DNA from: a virus
Virus record (IMG/VR): IMGVR_UViG_3300008050_000037
Location: 5,193 to 69,192 of that record
Reading direction: 5' to 3' (one strand)
Length of the DNA: 64,000 nt
Within the stretch, counting starts at the first letter, position 1; each line of letters opens with the position of its first letter. Positions 44,346-54,405 of the stretch are shown in pieces. A model generated the notes under the pieces. That model did not search any database, was not told the DNA's origin, and was given only the letters and a program-made list of their open reading frames with translations. Both the position numbers and the translations under genes were made by a program.

Positions 44346-45530
44346 TTATGTTTCAATATACTTCATGTTTCCGAAATCTTTACCCATACTTAAGTTTACT
44401 TTAAATTTACCTAGCTTGGTATTTTCAAATATTTTTACAAGTTCGGAAAATATTTCTCTATCTTCCTTTTTAAAATCCAATACGATACTATCATGTATAC
44501 AAAACGCAACGTTGCTAGCTCGGTTTTTCAAGGCATCGATAATTTTAATTGTCCTCTCTAAAACCAAATCACTTGTTACGCTCTGTATTACATAGTTTAA
44601 GGCGTGATGATCATCTGCTTCGATGCTTCTGCCAAAACATGTTTTAACAACGTTGTCGGTGTAATATTTATTTAAAATTTTATCCTTATCGAAGACATTT
44701 TCAAGCCTAGGATTTTTTGCCCTTGGATTATAAAGCCAAGCAAAAACTTTCTTTTTAACCACTTCACGACTTAAAGGTACTTTAAAGACATTCTTTCCTA
44801 TCCAGGTATGGATATCCTCATCCGGCTGCTTGGCGCCTAAAAGACCCAAAAAAGTCCTTAATTCGGCGGCGTTATAATCAAGCTCAATAAAAAAATCATT
44901 ATTTGGTTTGATCAAGGAGCGATATTCTTTTCCAAGAGTTAGAATCGGAAAACTATTTTGTGTAGTGGTAAGACGACCTGTCTTTGTACCAAAAATATTA
45001 TATTCTATCTGCGGCTTGGAACTCATTAATTTCTTTTTTAACTTTAAAGACCTGTAATTTGTCTTGCCCTCAAAAATAGAAAAATCTAAATTCAATTTTT
45101 GTTTGCTGATCTGGCAAATCATCTTTTGTATGCTTAGTAAAAAATTATAATTTTTGGGTTTTTCAAAATTTTCAAAAACGTGCTTTGTTATTTCATTTCT
45201 AAGATCAAAGTGCTCCAGCAAAAATTGCTGTGGTGCAAGATCGTAAAAACACACATCATCTAAATTTATTTTTGCCTCATTGAAAGAGCGCAAGTATGCT
45301 TTCATCTTATCTAAAGAAGCATTCCAGTCCTCAGAAAGATTCTCTGGACACATATCTTCATACGATTTACCATAACAGTACAGACTAGCATATTCTATGT
45401 TATTGTGGTGCGTATCCTTGCTGTACTTCCAGGTGCCAGTTAATCCTTGGGGCCATTGTTCGCGATAAAATTGTCCATTGGCGTATACCGCAACACACTC
45501 TTCTTTATAATCTAATTTCTGAAAAATCAA
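44346..45530 (-). CDS. Family A DNA polymerase-like domain, compact, no exonuclease domain evident
   Basis: TKTGRL, LDYNAAELR (motif A), NYVIQS, IHDS (motif C). Confidence 0.75.
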   Translation of the reverse strand: MIFQKLDYKEECVAVYANGQFYREQWPQGLTGTWKYSKDTHHNNIEYASLYCYGKSYEDMCPENLSEDWNASLDKMKAYLRSFNEAKINLDDVCFYDLAPQQFLLEHFDLRNEITKHVFENFEKPKNYNFLLSIQKMICQISKQKLNLDFSIFEGKTNYRSLKLKKKLMSSKPQIEYNIFGTKTGRLTTTQNSFPILTLGKEYRSLIKPNNDFFIELDYNAAELRTFLGLLGAKQPDEDIHTWIGKNVFKVPLSREVVKKKVFAWLYNPRAKNPRLENVFDKDKILNKYYTDNVVKTCFGRSIEADDHHALNYVIQSVTSDLVLERTIKIIDALKNRASNVAFCIHDSIVLDFKKEDREIFSELVKIFENTKLGKFKVNLSMGKDFGNMKYIET

Positions 45531-46810
45531 AATGTTTTTACGTTAACGTTTAACTCTCTATTGATTCCTTTAATAGTCTTACTCAGACCATGCACTTTAT
45601 AATACGGAATTATATCATTTCGAAATTTTTTATTCATCTCGTAGTCATCAATAAGTTTACGTTCTTCTACCATCCTCAAATAATAGTAGACACGAAGCCA
45701 GAAAAGTTCACCATATTGTTGTGCATAATTGCTAGCCAAGTCGAGTTGTCCCTTAAAGAAGCAATCTTCTGGTTTTCTTGTAATCGTCTTAATTTTTGTT
45801 ATTTTCTCAAAGGAATACGTGCTCCACTTTTTACAGGGATCTGCTACGGCCATTGTCGGCCGTTTCAAAACATAATTGTTGTACAACTCTACCATATAAT
45901 GCCTCAAAATAGAAATTTCTACATCATATGCACTTTTGTAAAATCTCTTAAAAGGTTTGTTCATTTTTTCATAACTGTAAGGAACGCCGTACTTAGACAT
46001 TTTTTGTGCTATTTTTTTGTTAAGAGTCATATTGGCAACGAGGCGCCATGGCGCATTTTTATCAACAAGAAAACCAAATTGTTCAGCAGTTTTCACATAA
46101 AAGTTTATATCAATATCTGATAGGAAGCCACTTTTAATTGTATCATCGGAATAATCTAAATTATGTACATCAACGATTAAACCACTAATTCTAGGATTGC
46201 AATGTTTTGATCTCGTGAATGCAGATAATGTAACAGGAAGTTGTCTTGTTATACTCCGGACAAATTCAACAAATATTCTTACAAAGCTTTCAAGGTTAAG
46301 TATTTTTTTCTGTCTTTGGGGCGTTAAATAAAATTCGTTAAAGGCACTAGATAAATTTTGTAAATAATTCGAATATTCATTACTCAAAGAAACCCATCCT
46401 TTTTTAACCTCGGGGCTGAAAAATATATTTTCTTTTTTCAATCCTCGTGCGCCGGCTTGTAATTTGTATCTAGAAACATACTCCATCATATCGTTGTAAG
46501 CATCAACAACAAAAGCTAGCCCAAAAACAGTCTTCTTGGCTGAATATTGTTTTAAATAATGTTCATCTACATAAATCGGATCTCCATTCATATCAACCCT
46601 ACCGTAGAGATTTCCACCAAATTTCCAAAAATTAATTTGTTTTGTGTCCTCAAGATAATCAGTCTGAAAGGCAAAATTTTTATAAAAATTTCTTTTTTCA
46701 AACGTCTCTTCTGCAGAAAGAAAATTATTTGCGCCTATGGTGGAGTACTCGTTAAAGCCTTTTCTAGGTTTGAGGTTTTTTTCTACTAGTTTATTTTCTT
46801 TATAAGACAT
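45527..46810 (-). CDS. Hypothetical phage protein
   Basis: 427-aa ORF; LYGRVD and GFLVDKNAPWRLVA blocks. Confidence 0.7.
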   Translation of the reverse strand: MSYKENKLVEKNLKPRKGFNEYSTIGANNFLSAEETFEKRNFYKNFAFQTDYLEDTKQINFWKFGGNLYGRVDMNGDPIYVDEHYLKQYSAKKTVFGLAFVVDAYNDMMEYVSRYKLQAGARGLKKENIFFSPEVKKGWVSLSNEYSNYLQNLSSAFNEFYLTPQRQKKILNLESFVRIFVEFVRSITRQLPVTLSAFTRSKHCNPRISGLIVDVHNLDYSDDTIKSGFLSDIDINFYVKTAEQFGFLVDKNAPWRLVANMTLNKKIAQKMSKYGVPYSYEKMNKPFKRFYKSAYDVEISILRHYMVELYNNYVLKRPTMAVADPCKKWSTYSFEKITKIKTITRKPEDCFFKGQLDLASNYAQQYGELFWLRVYYYLRMVEERKLIDDYEMNKKFRNDIIPYYKVHGLSKTIKGINRELNVNVKTF

Positions 46811-46892
46811 AAATATTTACTCACTTTGTATTTTATTATATGCGTTTGTTTAATGTAGCTACCAAGTTCGATGGCCCTAGAAGCGCTTAAGC

Positions 46893-49454
46893 TCACAGGA
46901 TGTCGAGGCCTCCGGGGGGGCTGAGCAGCTCGGACTTGGGGGGAGGCGGAACTTCGGCGCCGGCGTCCTGCTCGCCTTCGGGAGCGAGCAATCCTTGCTT
47001 CTCAGTCTCGGATGGCTTTTTCTCTGTGGCGGATTTCGGCGTAACATTCTCAGTTTTAGGTTCATTGCCGGAAGACGTCCATATGGCAGAAATATTAGTT
47101 GTAAAATTACCATTCGCTAATGTACTCTCCACTTTGTCTACTTGATAATAGCCGCCTAGGCGTATACGACTAGCTACAGAATTCTGGTCGCGCGGGTCGC
47201 CTAGGCCCAGCGGCCTAGACTGTACATAAATCAACTGTCCAGGTACAAATAAGCTATTACCCACCAATTCAGCATTAAAATTATATATAGATCCTCCACC
47301 TAGATCATTAGCTATATTATTTGTGCCTATTACTTTCGCTTCACCGAGAAATGGGGCATCATTTTTTTCAAAAGTAAGGCCTTTAATAATGCCAGAATCA
47401 GAACCCAGAGTAAAATAATATATACCTTTTCTTAAATCATCCATTCGTTGGCCGGAGAGCGCACCAGATCTATGTCCTCTCGCGTACAACAACAAAAAAT
47501 CATATACCGGTGCGTCTGCAGTTTTTAACCACGCAGCTGAAACTGGCGTGATATCATCCACCTTTACACTTCCGCCGGTGAGGTTCGGCTTAAGACCAGA
47601 AAGCTGTACGCTCATCGCCTGGGTGTTTATCGAAGTGAAAACCTTACTTTCACTATCAACACACTGCTCTCCCATTGCTGCCGGTAATAACTCTCCTATT
47701 AAATCATTAATTAAGTTCCTTAGCAAATAAGAATCTCTTTGTGGAGAAATCACTTTTTTGACAAACCAGGCTTGAAAAAGGTGCAAAGAAATAGGTATAT
47801 CTGCAATGCTGATTGCAGCAGAAATAGAAAGATCACAAGGATTAACGATAGACATTGGTCCAACCAATAATCTTACTTTGGAAACAGGAGATTTCTTATA
47901 ATCAGAACTCTCATTCAGTACGTCATAGCAAGCTTCTAATAAATCACCAAAAAAGAAATACATCACCCTTACTTTTGTAGCGTCTAAGGGGCTTAAGCCA
48001 GGTTTTAGCTTTTTAAGCGCCTCGGTAGCTTTTTGCGAAGATTCCTCTCTAGTCTGATCGTCAACAACCCACTCTGTTGTTCCCTGCTTAGCGATCTGAT
48101 CAACGGCCTCATCGACTTCTCCGGACCGAGTGGTCGACGTCACCATCTCCCCCTGGGTGCCCACTATTTTATTGTAGTTTGCAATCAAATCTGCGCAGTT
48201 TTTTGCTTGAGATGATTGGCTTTCGTCTCGAATTTTTTGGCTTCCTTGGGGCCCCTGTCCGGCGACGGCGGCGGCGTGCTGACCGGCGGCGGGGGTTCGG
48301 CCGTGTCGACCAACTTGTGACAAATCAACATCCATAAAGAAAATCGTTGCGCCCTGGTCGTCCGGATCAAAAAATCTATCTAAAATCTTTCTATAGGTTT
48401 TCGCACGAAGGGTGGAATTAATTCGGTTGCGCGCCTCTTGCTGAGATTTGATGCTCTCATCTATATCTTCGGTGGACGAAGAGTCTGGATTTGTGCCCGG
48501 GCTACCGGGGGACTGGCCGGTTTGTTCTAGGCGTTTTTGTCGGTCGGTTTGCGAGCGCTCCAGGCTAGCGTTGATCTGATCTTGGCGTTTTTTATCTTCA
48601 GCATCGGGAATTAATAGATCAGTTTCCGGGGCGGATAGGGCGCCTTCGACCCACGCGTGATATTCAATCTCTAAGGAAGCAGTACCATCTATTCTAAAAT
48701 CAAACGTATGATTCTTCAAAGTTAAATTTAGAGTAGTCTGTGTGCTGTGCAAAATATCTTTTAAGTTAGTGCTTATGTCCGCTGTATTTGGCCTAGCCCA
48801 GCCAACCATTAATTTAATACGATAATCCTCTGCATGATATCTAGTTTCATTTCCGCGGCCAGGAGGCCGGACTATCAAATCAGAATAAGTATACTCCTCG
48901 CCATCCGGAGACGTTCTTTTTTTTGTTAAAGACGTAAGATTTTGAAAAAATATTTTGAGTGTACACCTTATATTATTAGAAATCTCAGCCGGCTGTGATG
49001 CTAAAAGTTCAAAATTCACACTCTCGATTCCAACATCTTGGCCTCTGCCGCTCATATCTGCAAAAATAGAAACCGGGGAACTGCCGGCAGTAAAACTCCC
49101 TTCACTAAAAAGAAATTCAACCACCCTATCTTTTTCTGTGGACTCGCCAATTACTTTAAATAATCGTATCATCGGCTGCATATGCGCAAGTTCTTTCGAT
49201 GTTATTTTGAACAGTTCTTCGGCGCCGCTAACATTTGTTATCTTGCTTACTAGTTCGTATATATCCCCCGACGGTGGCGTCTTGATTTTAAAAAAATTCT
49301 TATAAGCACCCACGGGATTATTCACACTAAACTTTGTTCCTCCCCCGGTCAAGCCCATCGATAAATTTCTCATTAAAAAACATTGCGCCTGAAAGCGCGC
49401 TTCGTATGCCGCATCAATATCATTTTCGATCGTCTGTTTGGTGGTTGTTACCAT
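46893..49454 (-). CDS. Putative baseplate hub / tail-associated protein
   Basis: Position in tail module; C-terminal GNSLFVPGQLI...GGYYQV..V hub-like pattern. Confidence 0.6.
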   Translation of the reverse strand: MVTTTKQTIENDIDAAYEARFQAQCFLMRNLSMGLTGGGTKFSVNNPVGAYKNFFKIKTPPSGDIYELVSKITNVSGAEELFKITSKELAHMQPMIRLFKVIGESTEKDRVVEFLFSEGSFTAGSSPVSIFADMSGRGQDVGIESVNFELLASQPAEISNNIRCTLKIFFQNLTSLTKKRTSPDGEEYTYSDLIVRPPGRGNETRYHAEDYRIKLMVGWARPNTADISTNLKDILHSTQTTLNLTLKNHTFDFRIDGTASLEIEYHAWVEGALSAPETDLLIPDAEDKKRQDQINASLERSQTDRQKRLEQTGQSPGSPGTNPDSSSTEDIDESIKSQQEARNRINSTLRAKTYRKILDRFFDPDDQGATIFFMDVDLSQVGRHGRTPAAGQHAAAVAGQGPQGSQKIRDESQSSQAKNCADLIANYNKIVGTQGEMVTSTTRSGEVDEAVDQIAKQGTTEWVVDDQTREESSQKATEALKKLKPGLSPLDATKVRVMYFFFGDLLEACYDVLNESSDYKKSPVSKVRLLVGPMSIVNPCDLSISAAISIADIPISLHLFQAWFVKKVISPQRDSYLLRNLINDLIGELLPAAMGEQCVDSESKVFTSINTQAMSVQLSGLKPNLTGGSVKVDDITPVSAAWLKTADAPVYDFLLLYARGHRSGALSGQRMDDLRKGIYYFTLGSDSGIIKGLTFEKNDAPFLGEAKVIGTNNIANDLGGGSIYNFNAELVGNSLFVPGQLIYVQSRPLGLGDPRDQNSVASRIRLGGYYQVDKVESTLANGNFTTNISAIWTSSGNEPKTENVTPKSATEKKPSETEKQGLLAPEGEQDAGAEVPPPPKSELLSPPGGLDIL

Positions 49455-49462
49455 AATTTATT

Positions 49463-49804
49463 TTATGTCTCTAGAACAGACAACGCCTCCTCTAAATTAA
49501 TAGGTATAAATATAACATCACCAATCTCGTTAGAAAAATCTCCCGGCCTTTTGTTTATCCAGGCAATCACCCACCAATATCTCGAATCTCCAAACGCTCT
49601 AAAAGCTAATTTTTCATATCTATCTCCGACTTTCCATATATGCTGTGCCAAGTGAAGTCTGGCAACTTGTGATTGGGTTGGATATACCAGTGTCGGACTT
49701 CTATAATGATGAATCCCGACAACACCACGAGATTTAAAAAGATCTTTATAAATTTCATTTGTATTTAGGGTCTTGTGTCTTAGCGCATATCTTGAAACTG
49801 CCAT
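49463..49804 (-). CDS. Baseplate wedge protein (gp53/LysM-like)
   Basis: GDRYEKLAFRAFGDSRYWWVIAWIN...GDVIFIP. Confidence 0.75.
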   Translation of the reverse strand: MAVSRYALRHKTLNTNEIYKDLFKSRGVVGIHHYRSPTLVYPTQSQVARLHLAQHIWKVGDRYEKLAFRAFGDSRYWWVIAWINKRPGDFSNEIGDVIFIPINLEEALSVLET

Positions 49805-49817
49805 TTTTTTCTCCTAT

Positions 49818-50591
49818 TTAATCGTTTGGTGCGGTGTGGGACATCTCAAGGTCGGCCGCATTAGGATCGCCACCAAGCATATTGGACGCCTGGCCGTGGG
49901 CGACGGATGCCGCGGCACTGTTTGGATCAGAATAATTCTTTGCAGTGTGGGCAGTCGTCATAGACAGTCTACCAGTACCATATGGATAAGTTTCGCCGGG
50001 CCCTCTAAATACTGAATTATTATATCCCAAAGCGTGGGAGTGCAACACTGTAAACTCACAACTAATTTGTAGTGTTTTTGGAACAAACATCGAGGCTCCT
50101 CCACCAAATAGACCTCCGCCGCCTTCAGTAAAAAAGCCGGCTTCCAGCTTTGGTTTAAACGAAAATGATTTTATAACACCATAAATAAATTCATCTCCGG
50201 ACGGGTGTTGGATTAAATTACCAAAACTTAATTTAAATATAGGCGCCTCCGACAACGTTGCTACGGAGGCGTTTTCATTGTATGTCGGATACATGGAACG
50301 AATCATTATCTGAGCCATGTCCATATTTACCATTGCTTCTTTGGTACCATATGACGGCGCGTCAAAACTAAAATTAATTGTTCTTTTAGTATTTTGATAG
50401 GTCATAATTGGATCCATTCGAGCATAAACCTCCTGTTCATTCCATTTAGAATCAAATTTATCTTCATAAGCTGTCAAAAAAGCTTTAAATTCAGCATTTT
50501 GTTCATACTGTCGTGCATTTTGAAAAATTATTTTTTGGCCCGCTTCAAAAAGAAAATCAGAATTATCTGCACCCTCAAATGTTCCTGCCAT
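49818..50591 (-). CDS. Putative tail tube initiator / baseplate protein
   Basis: WN...ARMDPI..YQNTKRTI, P..KL.FG pattern; follows tape measure gene. Confidence 0.6.
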   Translation of the reverse strand: MAGTFEGADNSDFLFEAGQKIIFQNARQYEQNAEFKAFLTAYEDKFDSKWNEQEVYARMDPIMTYQNTKRTINFSFDAPSYGTKEAMVNMDMAQIMIRSMYPTYNENASVATLSEAPIFKLSFGNLIQHPSGDEFIYGVIKSFSFKPKLEAGFFTEGGGGLFGGGASMFVPKTLQISCEFTVLHSHALGYNNSVFRGPGETYPYGTGRLSMTTAHTAKNYSDPNSAAASVAHGQASNMLGGDPNAADLEMSHTAPND

Positions 50592-50594
50592 TTT

Positions 50595-53500
50595 TTATGA
50601 CCTCCTTACAATTGCGCTATGTTTCTTGTTGAGATATGTCTCAACAGCTTTTGCAATAACTTTTGTTCCCGCCGTATCCATTACCAAGAGGACGTCTTGA
50701 CCCTTCTCTTCAACATCCGATGCACCTGTTAGCGTAGTTGTGAGATTACCAATCATCGACGAAAGGCCACCAAGAGCTGCAGCAACAACAGTACCGGTAC
50801 CCATTTCGTTAATTTGAATCATCATATTTTCCAACGCTCTTACTTTTGTTTCGTCAACTCCAACTGTCGCTTTTATCGTCTCGGCAGCTGCAGTAAGTAC
50901 ACCAGACGCTTCTGGGCCCATTTCTGCTAGGTTTTCGAACCCTTCGGTCAATAAAGCAAATTTAAGCACAGAAGAGGTTGGCATAGCCGACATAACTTGT
51001 CCGACATCCTTCAGATTTTTTGTAACATTCATCAAGCCGGCGGATCCGGCGGCCATGGCTTCAAACATATGTGCCATAGAAAGTGCAATAACGGCGACAA
51101 CAACACCCAACGCAATCAGCGGAGGTAGAGTTAACCAGGATGAAAGAGCAAAAATAACGAGCGCACCAGTAAGCATTACTATCGCTGCGGCAAACATAAC
51201 CAAACCAGGAGCTGCCAGCAAAGCAAACAACCCTATTAATACCAAGCTAGCACCCAATACTACAAGAGCCGCAACAACAATAACGACGGCTATAGCGATA
51301 ATAGTCAAAGCAACCGCTGCCATAAGAAGAGCGACACCAAAGCCAATAGCACCTATTCCAGCCATCAAAAATCCTGCGCCGGCCATAATAAGTGCTGCTC
51401 CGGTAAATAACATTGCTACGCCGAAGGCCATCATTGGGCCTGTGGCGCCTCCGCCGGCAATTGCCAAGCCGATCATCAAGCCAATCAATATTGCTAATCC
51501 GATATATAGGGGAGGGGAGTGAATAGAGGCAAAAAGCGCGTATCCTATTAGCAACAGTGCCGCGGCGAGGAGGCCGACAAAAAGCGCTGCCTTGATACTA
51601 CTCAAGCCAAGCACTGTTTGCGCCGCACTATATGCCCAAGTTATGGGAGTTAAGATAGCCAACCCAGCTGCAGCTGCATATATTGCCGCGGTATACGCAG
51701 CTTTAATTGGCAACAAGAGCATATATTTAGCAGCCGAAACAATGCTTGCTTGAGCATTTGTTATTTTTGCAGCCGTATTTAAACCAGTTGCTGCAGCCTC
51801 GACGCCGTCTGCAACTGTATTTGCGCCGGTAGCGGTTAATTCCGCTCCCAAGGCGACGGTTACAGAACCAGAGGCTGTGGCATTAGTTCCTTTTGCAATC
51901 GTGTTTGCTGCTATGGCTTGGCCGTTGGCTCCATATAGCAAAGTTGATGTAGATCTTCTGGCATTTGCACCTTCTTCGACGACGGTACTTTCGAGATTAG
52001 ATGCGGTATTTGCTTCAGTGGCAGCTGCCACAGTGGCCTGGGCAGCTGCCAATTGCGCGTCCATTAAAATTGCTCTTGCGGCTGCAGCTGCCTTGAGCTT
52101 CATTACATAAGTAAGAACCGTCATGGCGGCGGCCAAAGAAAGAATACCGCCAGTGATCACTGGACCGGCAATTTTCGTCATCCAATCCAAAACAGTCTTC
52201 AATCCTGCGGCGATGGGGCCAACAAAAGCAGAAATAGATTGCATTATGCTCTCAATCGATTCTTTAAAGTTACGTGATCGATCAGCCAATTCTTGTAGTT
52301 CATCTGGAGAAAGCAAAGTCGCCTCTCCCTTATCCAGTTTATTTAATCTCGCATCTAGTCCATCAATTGACATACCAAAAAGCCTATTAGCCTCGTCCAT
52401 ATCAGTGATTCCAATTGCAGCTGCAATTGCTTTTTGTTCATACTTACCCAGTGATCCAAAAGCTTTACCCTGCGCCTTGATAGATTTGTGAATTGCCCGA
52501 ATTCTATCATTTTCTGACATTTCTACCATTTTAAGGCTATTGAGATAATCACCACCTAATATGCCGTTTAAACGACCGGTCGCTTCGGCGGCGCCTCGAA
52601 AGGTATCAAATTGGCTTGTTATGTTTAATAACCTACTGGTTTCAACACCAGTTTCTTTTGCCATGGCCGACAACTCCATATAAATTCCTGTGAGTTTTTT
52701 AGCATCCCTGCTATAAGCAGCCAACGTTGGCATAGCGGCTTGTAAATCAGAACTCAATTTTGCAATCGGAATATCCATTGCGCGGGAGGCTTTAATTAAT
52801 TGGCTGGTCATCGCCATCGATTTGGTCGCGCCCATACCAAGTGTTTTGTTAAAGGTATTAAGCAAAGGTACTGATATATCAGAAGATACACCTATCCTAT
52901 CCATTGTGGCAACAAAGCTCCCCAACTCAATACGAGACGTCTCAGATATATCGGTAAAGCTCTGCATACCAGCATATAATGCCTTTAAGGCTTCGCTAGA
53001 TCCATCAATTGTAACGCCATACCTAGAGGTCTCATCCCTAACAGTCGTTATTATCTCACCATATTCTTCACCCGCGCCGGTCGACTTATAGAAACTAGCT
53101 TGCGCAGAGTCTAACGCTCCGATCATCATTGTTGTGCCTTCCATGACTTTCATAGACATGGAGCCTATTATATTCTGAACTCCAGCAAATGCTTTTTCGG
53201 CGGCCTTTGCCATACTGAAAGATGCTTTCTCTACGCTGCCAAGATTGCCAATCATTCCAAAGAGAGATTGATTCCAACTATCGCTTGTAAAACTTAGCGG
53301 GCCCAATCGTCCTGTTAAGCCATCAAAAGAACTACCCAGCCCGTCGGCCGCGGCTGCAGCCTCAAGATGTCTTTTTACTAACAACGAGGATGCGGCAATC
53401 TGCTTTTCAAAGTTTTCTATTTGATCTTTGTTAACTTCGGCATTTGCCTTTAGTGCCTTAACATTCTTTCTCAGCGCATCGCGGATAGCCTTTAAAGCAT

Positions 53501-53774
53501 ATGCATGCGCCTTCTCTTTATTAACTACCGTCTCAAGTCCATCAGATAGTTCGTCCAGATAACGCTTGTGTTTTTGTGCACCGAGAGCACCCAGCTCTTG
53601 TTTTCTAGTTGCCTCATCGAGACTAAGGCTCATTCGTCTAACTGCTTCTTCAGCAGAAAGAGCACTACCAGAAAAATCTTGTACTTCTTCTTTTAAGGCG
53701 GCGATAAGCTCTTCAGCCTCTTCGGCCTCTAGGCCAAGCTTTTCAATAAGCCTTATTGCGTCTTTTAACGCCAT
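50595..53774 (-). CDS. Tail tape measure protein
   Basis: 1059 aa, Ala-rich helical with long hydrophobic block; downstream of tube and chaperone genes. Confidence 0.75.
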   Translation of the reverse strand: MALKDAIRLIEKLGLEAEEAEELIAALKEEVQDFSGSALSAEEAVRRMSLSLDEATRKQELGALGAQKHKRYLDELSDGLETVVNKEKAHAYALKAIRDALRKNVKALKANAEVNKDQIENFEKQIAASSLLVKRHLEAAAAADGLGSSFDGLTGRLGPLSFTSDSWNQSLFGMIGNLGSVEKASFSMAKAAEKAFAGVQNIIGSMSMKVMEGTTMMIGALDSAQASFYKSTGAGEEYGEIITTVRDETSRYGVTIDGSSEALKALYAGMQSFTDISETSRIELGSFVATMDRIGVSSDISVPLLNTFNKTLGMGATKSMAMTSQLIKASRAMDIPIAKLSSDLQAAMPTLAAYSRDAKKLTGIYMELSAMAKETGVETSRLLNITSQFDTFRGAAEATGRLNGILGGDYLNSLKMVEMSENDRIRAIHKSIKAQGKAFGSLGKYEQKAIAAAIGITDMDEANRLFGMSIDGLDARLNKLDKGEATLLSPDELQELADRSRNFKESIESIMQSISAFVGPIAAGLKTVLDWMTKIAGPVITGGILSLAAAMTVLTYVMKLKAAAAARAILMDAQLAAAQATVAAATEANTASNLESTVVEEGANARRSTSTLLYGANGQAIAANTIAKGTNATASGSVTVALGAELTATGANTVADGVEAAATGLNTAAKITNAQASIVSAAKYMLLLPIKAAYTAAIYAAAAGLAILTPITWAYSAAQTVLGLSSIKAALFVGLLAAALLLIGYALFASIHSPPLYIGLAILIGLMIGLAIAGGGATGPMMAFGVAMLFTGAALIMAGAGFLMAGIGAIGFGVALLMAAVALTIIAIAVVIVVAALVVLGASLVLIGLFALLAAPGLVMFAAAIVMLTGALVIFALSSWLTLPPLIALGVVVAVIALSMAHMFEAMAAGSAGLMNVTKNLKDVGQVMSAMPTSSVLKFALLTEGFENLAEMGPEASGVLTAAAETIKATVGVDETKVRALENMMIQINEMGTGTVVAAALGGLSSMIGNLTTTLTGASDVEEKGQDVLLVMDTAGTKVIAKAVETYLNKKHSAIVRRS

Positions 53775-53787
53775 TTACAGTTTCCCC

Positions 53788-54135
53788 CTACTTAAATGGC
53801 CACTTAATACCCGTTTTTCTAAAAAATGTATTTGCTGCTTTTTCAAGTTTGAATTTATTTTTATATGTCCTGGCATCACTTAAGCCGTGATCTTGAGCCA
53901 GCCTCATATAATCTTTCTCTTTTGCCAAGACATTCATAAAACTTTCAACTTCTGATTTTGTACCAGATATTTTAACATCAGGCACTGGGCCTCCGAACAT
54001 ACCACGCAAAATCCACTTTACCCAGCTGCCAAACATGCCAAGCCAAGATTCATTAAGCTTTTCTTTCCTCGCCACACCAAGATCAACAACCATTTTTGAT
54101 AATTGATCTTCTGTTAAGGTCTTTTGTTCTTCCAT
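53788..54135 (-). CDS. Conserved hypothetical protein of tail module
   Basis: Preceded by TACTATTTA; ends TGIKWPFK. Confidence 0.65.
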   Translation of the reverse strand: MEEQKTLTEDQLSKMVVDLGVARKEKLNESWLGMFGSWVKWILRGMFGGPVPDVKISGTKSEVESFMNVLAKEKDYMRLAQDHGLSDARTYKNKFKLEKAANTFFRKTGIKWPFK

Positions 54136-54184
54136 GGAAAGTCTCCCAAGAGTAAATATAATACTATTGTAAATAGTATTTTAT

Positions 54185-54213
54185 AAAAAAAGCCGAGAAG
54201 CATTTCTCGGCTT
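54185..54213 (-). terminator. Rho-independent terminator
   Basis: AAGCCGAGAA-ATGC-TTCTCGGCTT followed by T run. Confidence 0.8.
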
Positions 54214-54218
54214 ATTTC

Positions 54219-54398
54219 TTATCGTTTTGATTTAGCCTTCCTCATAGCATCTTCTTGAGCAGCGTTTTCTTCTTCAAATTGTCTCTGCAATCTTCTAAGA
54301 AACCAAGTACGAAGACCGACAGGCAAACTATAGGCTTCTGTAAAACTCCAACCACCATGATATTTGAGGACAAAAAACTGTTCGTAAACAGCCTCCAT
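54219..54398 (-). CDS. Small tail/baseplate assembly protein (MEAVYEQFFVLKYHGGWSFTEAYSLPVGLRTWF...), not in ORF track
   Basis: Manual translation; resembles gp51-like/chaperone C-terminal modules; possible frameshift extension of upstream gene. Confidence 0.65.
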   Translation of the reverse strand: MEAVYEQFFVLKYHGGWSFTEAYSLPVGLRTWFLRRLQRQFEEENAAQEDAMRKAKSKR

Positions 54399-54405
54399 AT
54401 AGTTA

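Noticed and set aside
51055-52200. Separate multi-pass membrane transporter in the hydrophobic block
   Set aside because: The block is in frame within the tape measure ORF, where hydrophobic segments are common
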